From the NCBI GenBank assembly GCA_965249505.1, contig OZ252238.1, forward strand, positions 2,011,273 to 2,075,272: 64,000 nt of DNA, written 5' to 3'. Below are positions 46,526 through 55,851 of this stretch, in pieces (the stretch's first letter is position 1; each line of letters begins with the position of its first letter). The position numbers were made by a program, and so were the translations under genes. The notes beneath the pieces were generated by a model, which worked only from the letters and a program-made list of their open reading frames with translations, was not told where the DNA came from and did not search any database. The DNA is from Dehalococcoidia bacterium (GTDB lineage Bacteria > Chloroflexota > Dehalococcoidia > Lucifugimonadales > Lucifugimonadaceae).

Positions 46526-47451
46526 ACCTAGACGCCGTGATGACCACCGACCTTCCTGGGTTGATCCACCGAGCGAAGGTACGAGACACCTACAGGGTTG
46601 CTCCCGGCACGCTGTTGATGGTCGCCACAGACCGTATCTCGGCGTTCGACGTCATCATGAACGACCCGGTCCCGCACAAGGGAGTGCTTCTCGCCCAGAT
46701 GTCGGCGCACTGGTTTAGGAATGTCATCGGCGACGTAGTTCCCAATCACATGATCGCTATGGCCGATGACGTTAGCAGCATGAGTGACGTGCCGATCGAA
46801 GGCGCATTGAAATATCTGCCCGATGCATGGCGCAACAGATCGATGGTCATCAAAGAGGCGCAGCGCATCGACATGGAGTGTGTCGTCCGGGGATACATCG
46901 CCGGATCTGGATGGGCCGAATACGAAACCAACGGCACGCTCAATAACGCTCGATTGCCCTCAGGGTTGCTAAAAGCCGAACGATTCGAGGAACCTGTATT
47001 CACCCCTTCCACTAAACCTTCGGAGGGCCACGACGAACCGCTTTCGGAAGCGGAAGCGATCTCGCTCGTCGGCCGCGATCTCCACTCGCAACTTCGAGAC
47101 GTCTCAATCGAGGTCTACCTGCGTGCCCGCGACTATGCCGCCGCCCGGGGCATGATACTGGTCGACACCAAGTTTGAGTTCGGATTCGTCGATGGCGAAT
47201 TGACCCTGATCGACGAGGTCTTGACTCCCGATTCAAGTCGCTTTTGGGACATTGACGAGTGGACTCCTGGCATCTTTCCCCCGCCGTTCGACAAGCAATA
47301 CTTGCGTGAGTGGCTGCTTCAATCCGACTGGAATAGGGAACCCCCACCCCCTAAAGTGCCGGCCGAAGTGCTGGATATGACCCGAACCCGATACATATCC
47401 GCTTTCGAGCGATTGACCGATCGTAGCTTCCAAGAAGTCTTAACGGCGTGA
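46522..47451 (+). CDS. purC: Phosphoribosylaminoimidazole-succinocarboxamide synthase (long form)
   Basis: 309-aa ORF with GKVRDTY-type KVRDTY, ATDRISAFD and LVDTKFEFG motifs. It overlaps the purB stop by 4 nt. Confidence 0.95.
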   Translation: MNLDAVMTTDLPGLIHRAKVRDTYRVAPGTLLMVATDRISAFDVIMNDPVPHKGVLLAQMSAHWFRNVIGDVVPNHMIAMADDVSSMSDVPIEGALKYLPDAWRNRSMVIKEAQRIDMECVVRGYIAGSGWAEYETNGTLNNARLPSGLLKAERFEEPVFTPSTKPSEGHDEPLSEAEAISLVGRDLHSQLRDVSIEVYLRARDYAAARGMILVDTKFEFGFVDGELTLIDEVLTPDSSRFWDIDEWTPGIFPPPFDKQYLREWLLQSDWNREPPPPKVPAEVLDMTRTRYISAFERLTDRSFQEVLTA

Positions 47452-47484
47452 GCTCATTCAATCCGTTGAATAGAATGATTACCT

Positions 47485-48231
47485 ATGTCGAACAGCGCTT
47501 CGTCCGATAGCAGAGTCGCAACAACCCGCCCCGAACATCGGCGCGGAATGACCCGTTCCCAGATTCGAGAAGAACGGCGAAGACGGAGCCACAGAAGGCA
47601 GCGACGGAAACGTACTGTTTTGATCGCATTCGGCAGCGTTTTCGCAGTCATCATCATCTTTGCGCTCGTATTCCAGCAAGGGTTCGTCTCACAGGAACAG
47701 CCTCTCGGCGGCGAACGTGGCAACTACAACCCAGGTGGTCCTGCCCCCGAAGACCCCGATGATGGCCGCGCCCACATATTTGAGGGCGTGGCGCCCGAGA
47801 CTCCGTACAGCGTTTTTCCGCCTACTTCAGGCCCCCACTGGAATACTCTGGGTAACGCGGTAACGGACTTCGAGGCCGCTCCTACTGGATGGGGGCCTTA
47901 TGATCGGTTCTTGCCCGACCAGGTCTTGATCCACAACTTGGAGCACGGCGGTATCGGTATGCACTTCGATCCCACCAAGTGCGCCCAAGATCAGTGTGCA
48001 GAATTCGTCGACCAACTCTCCGAAATCGCCAGGGACTGGACTGAAGACGACACTTATCGAGGCTTCGTCATCTCTCCGTATCCCAACATGGATACTCCAA
48101 TCACCATCACCGCATGGAGACACCACCTTGCTTTCGATGATGTCGACACGCCACGCATCATCGAATTCATCGACGCATACTACGATCGTGGATTTGAACC
48201 CCAAGTCGCAGGCATGACATCGAATCGGTAG
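47485..48231 (+). CDS. Membrane-anchored DUF3105-like protein
   Basis: 248-aa ORF with an Arg-rich N-terminus and one TM helix (VLIAFGSVFAVIIIFALVF). The extracytoplasmic domain has PPTSGPHW and LIHNLEHGGI motifs, which I associate with DUF3105. Confidence 0.6.
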   Translation: MSNSASSDSRVATTRPEHRRGMTRSQIREERRRRSHRRQRRKRTVLIAFGSVFAVIIIFALVFQQGFVSQEQPLGGERGNYNPGGPAPEDPDDGRAHIFEGVAPETPYSVFPPTSGPHWNTLGNAVTDFEAAPTGWGPYDRFLPDQVLIHNLEHGGIGMHFDPTKCAQDQCAEFVDQLSEIARDWTEDDTYRGFVISPYPNMDTPITITAWRHHLAFDDVDTPRIIEFIDAYYDRGFEPQVAGMTSNR

Positions 48232-48234
48232 GCG

Positions 48235-48495
48235 ATGAGTTCCACCTACCGGGCTGACATACGGGTCACGTTTAAACCTACAGTCAACGACCCTCAATCG
48301 GAGACCATCACTCGCGCTCTCGGACGGCTCGGTTTCGGCGGCATCGAGAATCTCAGCGCCGGCAAGTTCTTCGATGTAACGCTCCAAGCAGATGATCAGG
48401 CTTCAGCCGAGAAACAGATCGATGCGATGTGCGAGAAGCTACTCGCCAACCCGGTGATTGAGCGTTACCTCTACGACATCTCCAAAGTCGAGTAG
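48235..48495 (+). CDS. purS: Phosphoribosylformylglycinamidine synthase subunit PurS
   Basis: 86-aa ORF with V.FKPTVNDPQSETI..AL..LGF......SAGKFFD.......A...I..MCEKLLANPVIE, a canonical PurS pattern. Confidence 0.9.
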   Translation: MSSTYRADIRVTFKPTVNDPQSETITRALGRLGFGGIENLSAGKFFDVTLQADDQASAEKQIDAMCEKLLANPVIERYLYDISKVE

Positions 48496-48525
48496 TCGTT
48501 AGAGAATAGAACGGCGCAGACGCCC

Positions 48526-49119
48526 TTACTCGGTTAACGTGCCTTTGGTGCTTGGCACGGCTGAGGATGCACGCTCGTCGATCGAGGCAGCCTCCCGCAA
48601 AGCGCGGGCAAACGCCTTAAAAGCCGACTCGATTACGTGATGTTCGTTCGAGCCTCGAACGACTTGGAGGTGCAAGTTGAATCGACCCTCTATTGACATC
48701 GACTCAAAGAAGTGCCGTGCCATATCGATCGAAAATTCACCGGAGTTCGAGGTCGATCCCATATCCACAACCGGATAGCCCCGACCGCTCAAATCGAGGG
48801 CCACGGAAGTAAGAGCCTCGTCGAGCGGAACCGACTTGCTCGACATTCGCAATATACCGACTCGGTCTCCGAGAGCCTGAGAAATGCACCGGCCCAACAC
48901 AATGGCGGTGTCCTCAATAGTGTGGTGCGACCCCGTTTCGATATCCCCATCAGCCGTTACCGAGAGATCCATCATCGAGTGCTTCGCTAATGCGTTCAGC
49001 ATGTGGTTCATAAATCCGATGGGAGACTGGATTTCAGAACTGCCTTGCCCGTCCAAATCGAGACGAATCTTTACCTTCGTCTCGCCCGTCTCGCGGTTCA
49101 TTTCAGCTATTCGGTCCAT
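48526..49119 (-). CDS. hisB: Imidazoleglycerol-phosphate dehydratase
   Basis: 197-aa ORF with RETGETKV, GSHHTIEDT and NEHHVIES motifs. Confidence 0.95.
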   Translation of the reverse strand: MDRIAEMNRETGETKVKIRLDLDGQGSSEIQSPIGFMNHMLNALAKHSMMDLSVTADGDIETGSHHTIEDTAIVLGRCISQALGDRVGILRMSSKSVPLDEALTSVALDLSGRGYPVVDMGSTSNSGEFSIDMARHFFESMSIEGRFNLHLQVVRGSNEHHVIESAFKAFARALREAASIDERASSAVPSTKGTLTE

Positions 49120-49227
49120 CTCTTCAATCGCTACCTACTGAGGAATGCCACGACTGAGATTCTAAATTTGAGCGGCGTTGCCCTCATAGCATCGCATCCG
49201 CGATCAGTTGCGAAATGAAAGCGGCGA

Positions 49228-49953
49228 TCAGAGGTTGAACACCTCGAACGCCACTGCGTAATCACATCCGAAATCCATCCCAACAGCGTTGGCACCCATC
49301 GTGAGAAACGTTTCGGGATCGAAGTCTCGTCCCAATCCCTTTATGTATAGATCATGCTTTTGCAGCGACTCGACACCTTTATAAATGTGATCTCCCACAT
49401 CGACCGCGTGAGTCGCTCCGGGAGATGCGCCGACCAGAACCTTCTTGACGCCGTTCCAGGGCTCGAGTCCCTCTTCGCTCAGCTCAGTGAAGATCCAGCG
49501 ATTCCCTGCGTCTCGGCTGGCGTCAAGAGCAGCCAACCCGACGGCCCGATGGTCGGATTGATTTGTGCCTCCGCCTCGAAAGCGCATCTCGAAGTTCATC
49601 GTGATGACGACATCGGGCTTGTTCCTCCGTATCGATCGGCAAATGTCACGCCGCAACGCCAACCCGTACTCGACCATTCCGTCGGCGCAATCGAGGAATT
49701 CGACCGTATCCACACCAACCACCTTTGCGCTGTCGATCTCTTCCTGAGTGCGGACCCTACGAGTTTCGTCAGGGTGCATCGAATCGATGCCTGCCTCACC
49801 ACGAGTAGCCAGAAGATAGACGAACTCCTTACCCTCCGAAGTCCACTTCGAGATCGCGCTCGCTACTCCGTACTCCAGGTCGTCTGGATGAGCCACCACC
49901 GCCAAGCCCTTCTCCCAATTTTCATCCAGTGGTTCGTACTTCAATTCAGTCAT
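49228..49953 (-). CDS. PIG-L/LmbE-family N-acetylglucosaminyl deacetylase
   Basis: 241-aa ORF with VVAHPDDLEYG (Zn-binding AHPDD) and a downstream HRAV region. Confidence 0.8.
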   Translation of the reverse strand: MTELKYEPLDENWEKGLAVVAHPDDLEYGVASAISKWTSEGKEFVYLLATRGEAGIDSMHPDETRRVRTQEEIDSAKVVGVDTVEFLDCADGMVEYGLALRRDICRSIRRNKPDVVITMNFEMRFRGGGTNQSDHRAVGLAALDASRDAGNRWIFTELSEEGLEPWNGVKKVLVGASPGATHAVDVGDHIYKGVESLQKHDLYIKGLGRDFDPETFLTMGANAVGMDFGCDYAVAFEVFNL

Positions 49954-50019
49954 TCTGAACAGCCTTTCAAGGGTTAAGTTTCGATACTATTCGACATCCC
50001 ATATTCACGGCAGGTGTCT

Positions 50020-51108
50020 TTACGAAACGAGTTCGCGCAGCGCGGCCAACACAATTTCGTTTTGCGCCGGCGTCCCCACGCTGAGTCTTATGCTCCGTTC
50101 AAGCCTTGGCGAACTGAACTGGCGTGCGAAGATCCCTCGTTGCGCCAAGAAACCGTAAGCCTCGTCGCCCGAAAAACCGTCGAATTTAAGCAGAAGGAAA
50201 TTGGCATCTGAAGGTGAGTAGGTTATGCCATCAATCTCGTCGATCGCTTGCTCCAACTTCTTGCGTTCTGACAACAGGATTCGAATCCGATCGCCCAATG
50301 GATCCAGGTTGTCCAGCGCGGCCAGGGCGGCCGCCTCAGCTGCAATATTCACGTTGTAGGGCTGCTTGATCGTCATCAGGTGGCTGATGATCAGTTCTGA
50401 CCCGATCGCGTATCCAATTCGCAGTCCCGCGATGCCTGCCCACTTACTGAACGAACGGAGAATCACCAGATTTTCGTACTCGTCCAATAAGTCCGCAAGG
50501 GTCTCGCCGCAGAACTCGTAATACGTTTCATCTACCACCAAGACCACACCAGTCGCCAAGATCGCCCGCGCTTGATCCTCAGGCATCGAGTTACCAGTCG
50601 GGTTGTTCGGAGAAGCGACGAACAGGATCTTCGCCGAATTCGCCTCGATGGCGGTTATGGTGGCCTCCGTGTCGATCTCCCAATCGTCTGCGCGGTCCAC
50701 TGCAACCAATTGTGCTTCGGCGATGCGCGCGCAGAACTCGTACATCCCGAACGTCGGAGGACAGTCGATGATCGTCTCGCCCGGTTCGATGAAGAGCGTC
50801 GTGAGCAGTTCGATGATCTCGTCACTGCCCGATCCGGCGATGATCTGCTCAGGCGGGCGACCCGTGTACTCGCTCAAAGCTTGGCGGATTCGAACCAAGT
50901 CTTGATCCGGATACTCATGAATCGGCAGGTCGCTCAGGGCGGCGGTTAACTCAGGCAGAGGTTCGTAGGGGTTCTCATTCGCATTGAGCCTAATCACCTG
51001 GTCAGGTGAGATACCTGCCGACGAAGCGAGATGATCCGAGTGAGCTGCGCCGACGTAACCCTCGGGCTGGACCAAATGCGCCCGCATCATTTCTCTGAGA
51101 TCACGCAT
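50020..51108 (-). CDS. hisC: Histidinol-phosphate aminotransferase
   Basis: 362-aa ORF with LNANENPY, SPNNPTG and RSFSKWAGIAGLRIGY (PLP lysine). Confidence 0.9.
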   Translation of the reverse strand: MRDLREMMRAHLVQPEGYVGAAHSDHLASSAGISPDQVIRLNANENPYEPLPELTAALSDLPIHEYPDQDLVRIRQALSEYTGRPPEQIIAGSGSDEIIELLTTLFIEPGETIIDCPPTFGMYEFCARIAEAQLVAVDRADDWEIDTEATITAIEANSAKILFVASPNNPTGNSMPEDQARAILATGVVLVVDETYYEFCGETLADLLDEYENLVILRSFSKWAGIAGLRIGYAIGSELIISHLMTIKQPYNVNIAAEAAALAALDNLDPLGDRIRILLSERKKLEQAIDEIDGITYSPSDANFLLLKFDGFSGDEAYGFLAQRGIFARQFSSPRLERSIRLSVGTPAQNEIVLAALRELVS

Positions 51109-51137
51109 GCCTTCATTTCACTTCCGTAATAAAGATG

Positions 51138-52463
51138 TCATTCGCCAAGTATCGCCCGACGCCGAATGGATGCTGCATTCGCATGGCCATCTAACTCTTC
51201 CAAAGTAGCAAGATTGGCGGCGTGTACGGACAACTCTAGGAACGTCTCTTCATCCATATCAAGAAATGGCGTAACCCTCACGAAGTCTCTCACCGAGAGG
51301 GCCGAAGCCCACCTTGCCGAGCCGCCCGTAGGCATCACGTGGCTGGGACCCGCTACGTAGTCCGCCATCACTTCTCCTGATCGCTCGCCGACAAAGATGC
51401 CTCCGGCATTGCGGACTTCGCCAATGACATCTTCTGCTCCCTCGAATGCCAAACAAAGGTGCTCGGGAGCGAATGCCTCCGCAACCTTCAGCGCTTCTTT
51501 AACACTGCTGACGATGATAGCCATGCCCCGCCCTCTCAATGCTGCTCCGGCCACCGTTGACCTTGGCAGGTCTCTCAGCTGGTCTTCGAGTGCAACCTCA
51601 ACCGCATTTGCTGCATGTGTCGACATCGAGACGAGCACAGGTGCTGCCAACGGGTCGTGTTCAGCCTGCGCCAACAAGTCGGCCGCCGCGAACTCCGGGT
51701 CCGATGTGTCGTCGACGATAACCATCGTCTCCGTCGGGCCGTATATTCCGTCTATGCCCACCTTGCCGTAAACCCGCTGCTTGGCGCGTGTAACCCAGAT
51801 GCTTCCCGGGCCGCAAATCATATAAACTTTGGGTATCGTTTCCGTGCCGACTGCCATTGCGGCCACGGCTTGCGCGCCGCCCACTCTGAAGACCCGATCC
51901 ACGCCCGAAATATCGCACGCCGCGAGTACAGCCGGGTGAGGCAGACCATTCGACTCGGGCGGAGTAGCCACATAAACCTTGGGAACGCCAGCAACTTTGG
52001 CCGGTACCGCGGTCATAATCACCGTCGATGCCAGAGGCGCCGTCCCTCCGGGCACGCAACAACCCACTGAGTTAACCGGGTGCACCACTTCGCCGTATCC
52101 CTTGCCGTCGTCACGCCAAGACATCGGCAATCCGCGCTTCTGAAACTCCCAAACTCTCTCAGCCGCCTTCTCCAAAGCCGTTACAGACGAGGGATCAAGT
52201 TGCCGCTTGGCAGCCTTCACTACATCGACGGACACCTCGAGATCGTCGATCGCAACGCCATCCAACGCCTCGGTCATTCTCCGTACGAACCCGTCACCCC
52301 CGCTTTCGACGTCTGCGATGACTTTGTCTGCAAACCTCTCGGCCGTCATCAACTCGCTGTAGATACCGCCGCCGTCCGTTAACGGAGTCTCATCCCCAAA
52401 TCCTGTATCTCGAGATTCAAACGCCGCCAGCGCTTCATCAACCCCGTAGACGCGTCTCAACAC
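51138..52463 (-). CDS. hisD: Histidinol dehydrogenase
   Basis: 441-aa ORF with AQAEHD and GPSHVMPTGG signatures. Confidence 0.95.
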   Translation of the reverse strand: MLRRVYGVDEALAAFESRDTGFGDETPLTDGGGIYSELMTAERFADKVIADVESGGDGFVRRMTEALDGVAIDDLEVSVDVVKAAKRQLDPSSVTALEKAAERVWEFQKRGLPMSWRDDGKGYGEVVHPVNSVGCCVPGGTAPLASTVIMTAVPAKVAGVPKVYVATPPESNGLPHPAVLAACDISGVDRVFRVGGAQAVAAMAVGTETIPKVYMICGPGSIWVTRAKQRVYGKVGIDGIYGPTETMVIVDDTSDPEFAAADLLAQAEHDPLAAPVLVSMSTHAANAVEVALEDQLRDLPRSTVAGAALRGRGMAIIVSSVKEALKVAEAFAPEHLCLAFEGAEDVIGEVRNAGGIFVGERSGEVMADYVAGPSHVMPTGGSARWASALSVRDFVRVTPFLDMDEETFLELSVHAANLATLEELDGHANAASIRRRAILGE

Positions 52464-53485
52464 GTCGGGTCGCCTCGACGATACTGCCCTAGGTTTTCAA
52501 CCAGGCGGGAGTGCAATTCGCACTCTTCCCGATAGAGAAACTCCAAGTCCGTAACCGCTGTACCCGCACCGCCCAACGACCTCAAGCGATCTACCACGCG
52601 GGAGACGTCAGACCGTTTTGCAACGATCTGCACTGAAAACCAGCTGTGACCGTCCTCCGTGAAGACCCGTGAAACGGTCGGTCCTGCCATTCCCGCAAGA
52701 TCAGGCGCCGCGAGTACCATCTCGGCGATTTCACCCTCCGACTCGCCCGCCACGTTCGCCGTGACCCGGCTGTAAGTCCTCGACCGGAGCCTGGCCTCGA
52801 TCCGTTCCAGAAGTTGGCGCGTCAATGCAAGTTTCGATTCTGATTCCGCAAGTAGCCGGGCGTTGCCGATCATGATGGACTGCGACTCGATGATGTTGCC
52901 GTCTAACAATGGCCGGAGATTGTTTTCTGTGAGCGTATTGCCGGTGTCGGAGATGTCGGCGATTATGTCGGCGTAACCGATCCAGGGGACTGCTTCGAGG
53001 GCTCCGTTTATGTCTACAACCGAGAAAAACGTTACTCCGTTGCGATTTAGGTAACGCCGCAGCAAACGAGGATATTTCGTGGCGATTCGCAGGTCTTGAC
53101 CTCTCTCGTGGAACTCAATCGCTATGTCCGCCAAGTCGTAGACCGTCGTCACATCCACCCATGCCTCCGGCACCGCGATCACCAACCTAGCCCTGCCGAA
53201 CTTCAAGTCCGGAGCAACCACGAGCGTGTCGCCATCCTCAAGGCGAGACTCCAAATATCGGTCAAGCCCGACGATCCCTAGCTCGGCGTTGCCGCTGTCG
53301 ATAATCCTAGTGATATCCGACTGACGCTGAAATATCACGTCCACGCCGGGTATCGACGGAATTGTCGCTGTGTACCGGCGACTATTCACTCTGCTGACAG
53401 CAGCGTCCGACTCGGCGAGAAGTCTTCCGGTGCCCTCATACAGAGCGCCGGTAGATGGGATAGCGATTCTGAGCCGATCCGTCAC
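52457..53485 (-). CDS. hisG: ATP phosphoribosyltransferase, long form (catalytic domains plus a HisG_C regulatory domain)
   Basis: 342-aa ORF with LRIAIPSTGAL and DISDTGNTL. The ~100-aa C-terminal domain (GPTVSRVF...WFSVQIVAKRSDVSRVVDRLRSLGGAGTAVTDLEFLY) is typical of the HisG C-terminal domain. The GTG start overlaps the hisZ stop (GTGA). Confidence 0.85.
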   Translation of the reverse strand: MTDRLRIAIPSTGALYEGTGRLLAESDAAVSRVNSRRYTATIPSIPGVDVIFQRQSDITRIIDSGNAELGIVGLDRYLESRLEDGDTLVVAPDLKFGRARLVIAVPEAWVDVTTVYDLADIAIEFHERGQDLRIATKYPRLLRRYLNRNGVTFFSVVDINGALEAVPWIGYADIIADISDTGNTLTENNLRPLLDGNIIESQSIMIGNARLLAESESKLALTRQLLERIEARLRSRTYSRVTANVAGESEGEIAEMVLAAPDLAGMAGPTVSRVFTEDGHSWFSVQIVAKRSDVSRVVDRLRSLGGAGTAVTDLEFLYREECELHSRLVENLGQYRRGDPTC

Positions 53486-54915
53486 AGGTCCACGCTCTCC
53501 GTCTGCCTTGCGTCACCAACGTAAACAATCTTGGATGCGCCCAGCGCATCTGCCGTGGCCCTGGCCTCGGTCGTTGCCTCGAACAACGTGAATGCGTTGA
53601 AGCCTCTTTCGCGGAAATCTGCAGCCACCTCGGCAACGCTTTGAGCACCTGCACCGGGTTTAGGTGCAACGAGGACGAGACGGTCGTTATCCGCGTGGGC
53701 GCGAGCCGAATCAATTGGCGGGAGCATTGCATCGAGGTTCAAAGCAAAACCCAACGCAGGGATCTCTTCCATGGAGCCCAACGCGGTCGCCAATCGGTCG
53801 TACCTCCCGCCGCCTCCCCATCGCTCGGAACTCGAATCCGTTATTGACGAAACTTCGAAGATCATACCGGTGTAGTACGCAAAACCAGTGGCCAAGCCAA
53901 CATTGACCGTCAAGCTGTCCCCCTCAACGCCTTCGTCCAACGCGGCAGCCACAACGTCCCCCAAGTTATCGAGCTCTGCCAAATGTCCGATCCCAAACTC
54001 GCCCGTCGCCGACGCGATTCGCTTTAAGACATCATCAGGTTCGCCGGAGATCCTTGCCAAGGTCGAAACAAGCCTAAACGCGTCTGTAAACGCACTGGCA
54101 TCGTGCGGCTCGTCTAGCTTTTTCTTGAGTCGATCAACAATCTCAGCGGCCGACCGTGATGTTTGATCGCTTTGATAGGGAAGATCTACGCCGCCAGAAA
54201 CTAATCGGCGCAAGAACTCCCCTTCTGGGCCTGCATCACCAGAATCCGGCTCGTCCGTCAAGAGCCCAAGGGTTTTCGCCTCCGCTTCGATAGCGGATTG
54301 TTCCGACTTCCCGTTACTCAATTCCCCAACCCTATTGGCGAGAAACAGCTGCGCCCTGCCCGACAGTCCGAGTCGACCGAGTATCGACCAAATCAGTCCG
54401 ACGTGACCGATCCGAACTGAAACGGAGTTCTTGACGAATCTTTTCGCCCCTCCGTACGCCATCGCCACGACTTCGCCATCTGCCGCTGGGTGCGACGACC
54501 CGATAAGCTCCGCGCCCACCTGCGTAAATTGGCGGCGGCTCGGAACCAGCTTCGGAGGCGCATCGTACGGTCGTTCGGAATATCTGACGATCGGGGCAGC
54601 GTATTGATACCGTTGCGGCCAGACCGAGATCTGGTTCTCCAGCGCGTATCGGATGACCGGCGAGGTCATCTCTGGGCGCACGCTGATACTGCTGCCATCC
54701 GGCGAAGTAAAGTCGAACAGTTGGCTTGAGAGCAATCCCCCCGACATCCGCAGAAACAGCTCAGTCTGTTCGATCAACGGCGTCTCGATGGGCACATATC
54801 CACGACTACCGAATTCGGATCGCAAAGTTTGAGTCGCCGACTCGATCCGCATCAACTCTGCTCCCGCTCGATCTTCAAACCCAGGGGCGCGCCCGATTTT
54901 GCCGCTATTCTTCAT
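53482..54915 (-). CDS. hisZ: HisRS-like ATP phosphoribosyltransferase regulatory subunit (HisZ-like) retaining an anticodon-binding-like C-terminal domain
   Basis: 477-aa ORF with a class-II aaRS core. Motif 2 is degenerate (VRYSERPYDAPPKLVPSRRQFTQVGAELIG). GFAYYTGMIFE and GGGGRYDRL are present. The motif 3 Arg is lost (ALGFALNLD). The C-terminal alpha/beta domain (RLVLVAPKP...GFNAFTL) resembles an anticodon-binding domain. Confidence 0.7.
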   Translation of the reverse strand: MKNSGKIGRAPGFEDRAGAELMRIESATQTLRSEFGSRGYVPIETPLIEQTELFLRMSGGLLSSQLFDFTSPDGSSISVRPEMTSPVIRYALENQISVWPQRYQYAAPIVRYSERPYDAPPKLVPSRRQFTQVGAELIGSSHPAADGEVVAMAYGGAKRFVKNSVSVRIGHVGLIWSILGRLGLSGRAQLFLANRVGELSNGKSEQSAIEAEAKTLGLLTDEPDSGDAGPEGEFLRRLVSGGVDLPYQSDQTSRSAAEIVDRLKKKLDEPHDASAFTDAFRLVSTLARISGEPDDVLKRIASATGEFGIGHLAELDNLGDVVAAALDEGVEGDSLTVNVGLATGFAYYTGMIFEVSSITDSSSERWGGGGRYDRLATALGSMEEIPALGFALNLDAMLPPIDSARAHADNDRLVLVAPKPGAGAQSVAEVAADFRERGFNAFTLFEATTEARATADALGASKIVYVGDARQTESVDL

Positions 54916-55134
54916 GGAACGAGTTTGGTGGTCGGTACAAAAAACTATTCAGAGCGATTAGGTTCTGAAAGTGAACCATTTGCGTTAAACGCTCGGATTA
55001 CGATTCTAATAGGCCGTCATCTATATCGATCTCCAACCACAACAAGGTTCCTTGTCAATTCCTGAAGAATCATGACGTAATAATTGGGGAACACGATGCG
55101 TGTCGCGATATTGTTCAATTGACCGGAAAATGAG

Positions 55135-55851
55135 ATGGCAGTAGCAGCAGACCCAGCTGAAACAACCGTTCTGCTGATCGAAGACGATCCCAACGTCTCT
55201 CAATTGGTGCGTCTCTATCTGTCCCACGACGGGTATTCGGTGCTCGACGCGGCAGATGGTCATACTGGCCTCGAGCTCGCAAAAGCAGCCAATCCGGCGC
55301 TCATTCTGCTCGATCTGAACCTGCCTGGCATCGACGGCGTAACTGTCTGCAACGAAATCAGGAAATATTCGGATGTCCCCATCATCATGGTCACTGCGCG
55401 GGTCGATGAGGAGGAGAGACTCGAAGGGTTGGACGTGGGAGCAGACGACTACGTAACGAAGCCTTTCAGTCCGCGTGAATTGATGGCACGCATCCGTGCC
55501 GTGTTGAGGCGAACCAAGCGGGAGACGGTTCTTCGAGAAGAATCCGGTGGGGAAATCGCCGTCGGTCGTTACACAGTCGATCTTGAAGCCCGCACTGCGA
55601 CCGTCGCCGGCGCCGAATTGAGACTCACGCCGACAGAATACCGTCTTCTCATCTACTTCCTGAATTCTCACCGGCGGACGGTTAGCCGAGACCAAATCAT
55701 CAACGGAGCCATCGGATACTCGTTCGAGGGATTCGATCGCACCGTCGACACTCACATCTCGAACCTCCGCCGCAAGCTCGAAAAAGCAAACGGTGGCGAA
55801 CGTCATCTAAAAACCGTTTACGGGGTTGGATACCGATTTGAATCTACCTGA
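55135..55851 (+). CDS. OmpR-family response regulator
   Basis: 238-aa ORF with a receiver domain (LLIEDD, LILLDLNLPGIDG, KP). The winged-helix domain has LTPTEYRLL, VDTHISNLRRKL and YGVGYRF. Confidence 0.95.
   Translation: MAVAADPAETTVLLIEDDPNVSQLVRLYLSHDGYSVLDAADGHTGLELAKAANPALILLDLNLPGIDGVTVCNEIRKYSDVPIIMVTARVDEEERLEGLDVGADDYVTKPFSPRELMARIRAVLRRTKRETVLREESGGEIAVGRYTVDLEARTATVAGAELRLTPTEYRLLIYFLNSHRRTVSRDQIINGAIGYSFEGFDRTVDTHISNLRRKLEKANGGERHLKTVYGVGYRFEST

Noticed and set aside
53482-54915. Reading the HisRS-like gene as the housekeeping histidyl-tRNA synthetase (hisS)
   Set aside because: Motif 2 is degenerate, the motif-3 arginine is missing, and the gene is translationally coupled to hisG. 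I call it HisZ-like, although its retained C-terminal domain keeps some doubt open.
55021-55806. 261-aa ORF on the minus strand
   Set aside because: It lies entirely antisense to an unmistakable OmpR-family response regulator (55135..55851). Its D/V/R-rich composition is typical of a shadow ORF in GC-rich DNA, and it has no recognisable motif.
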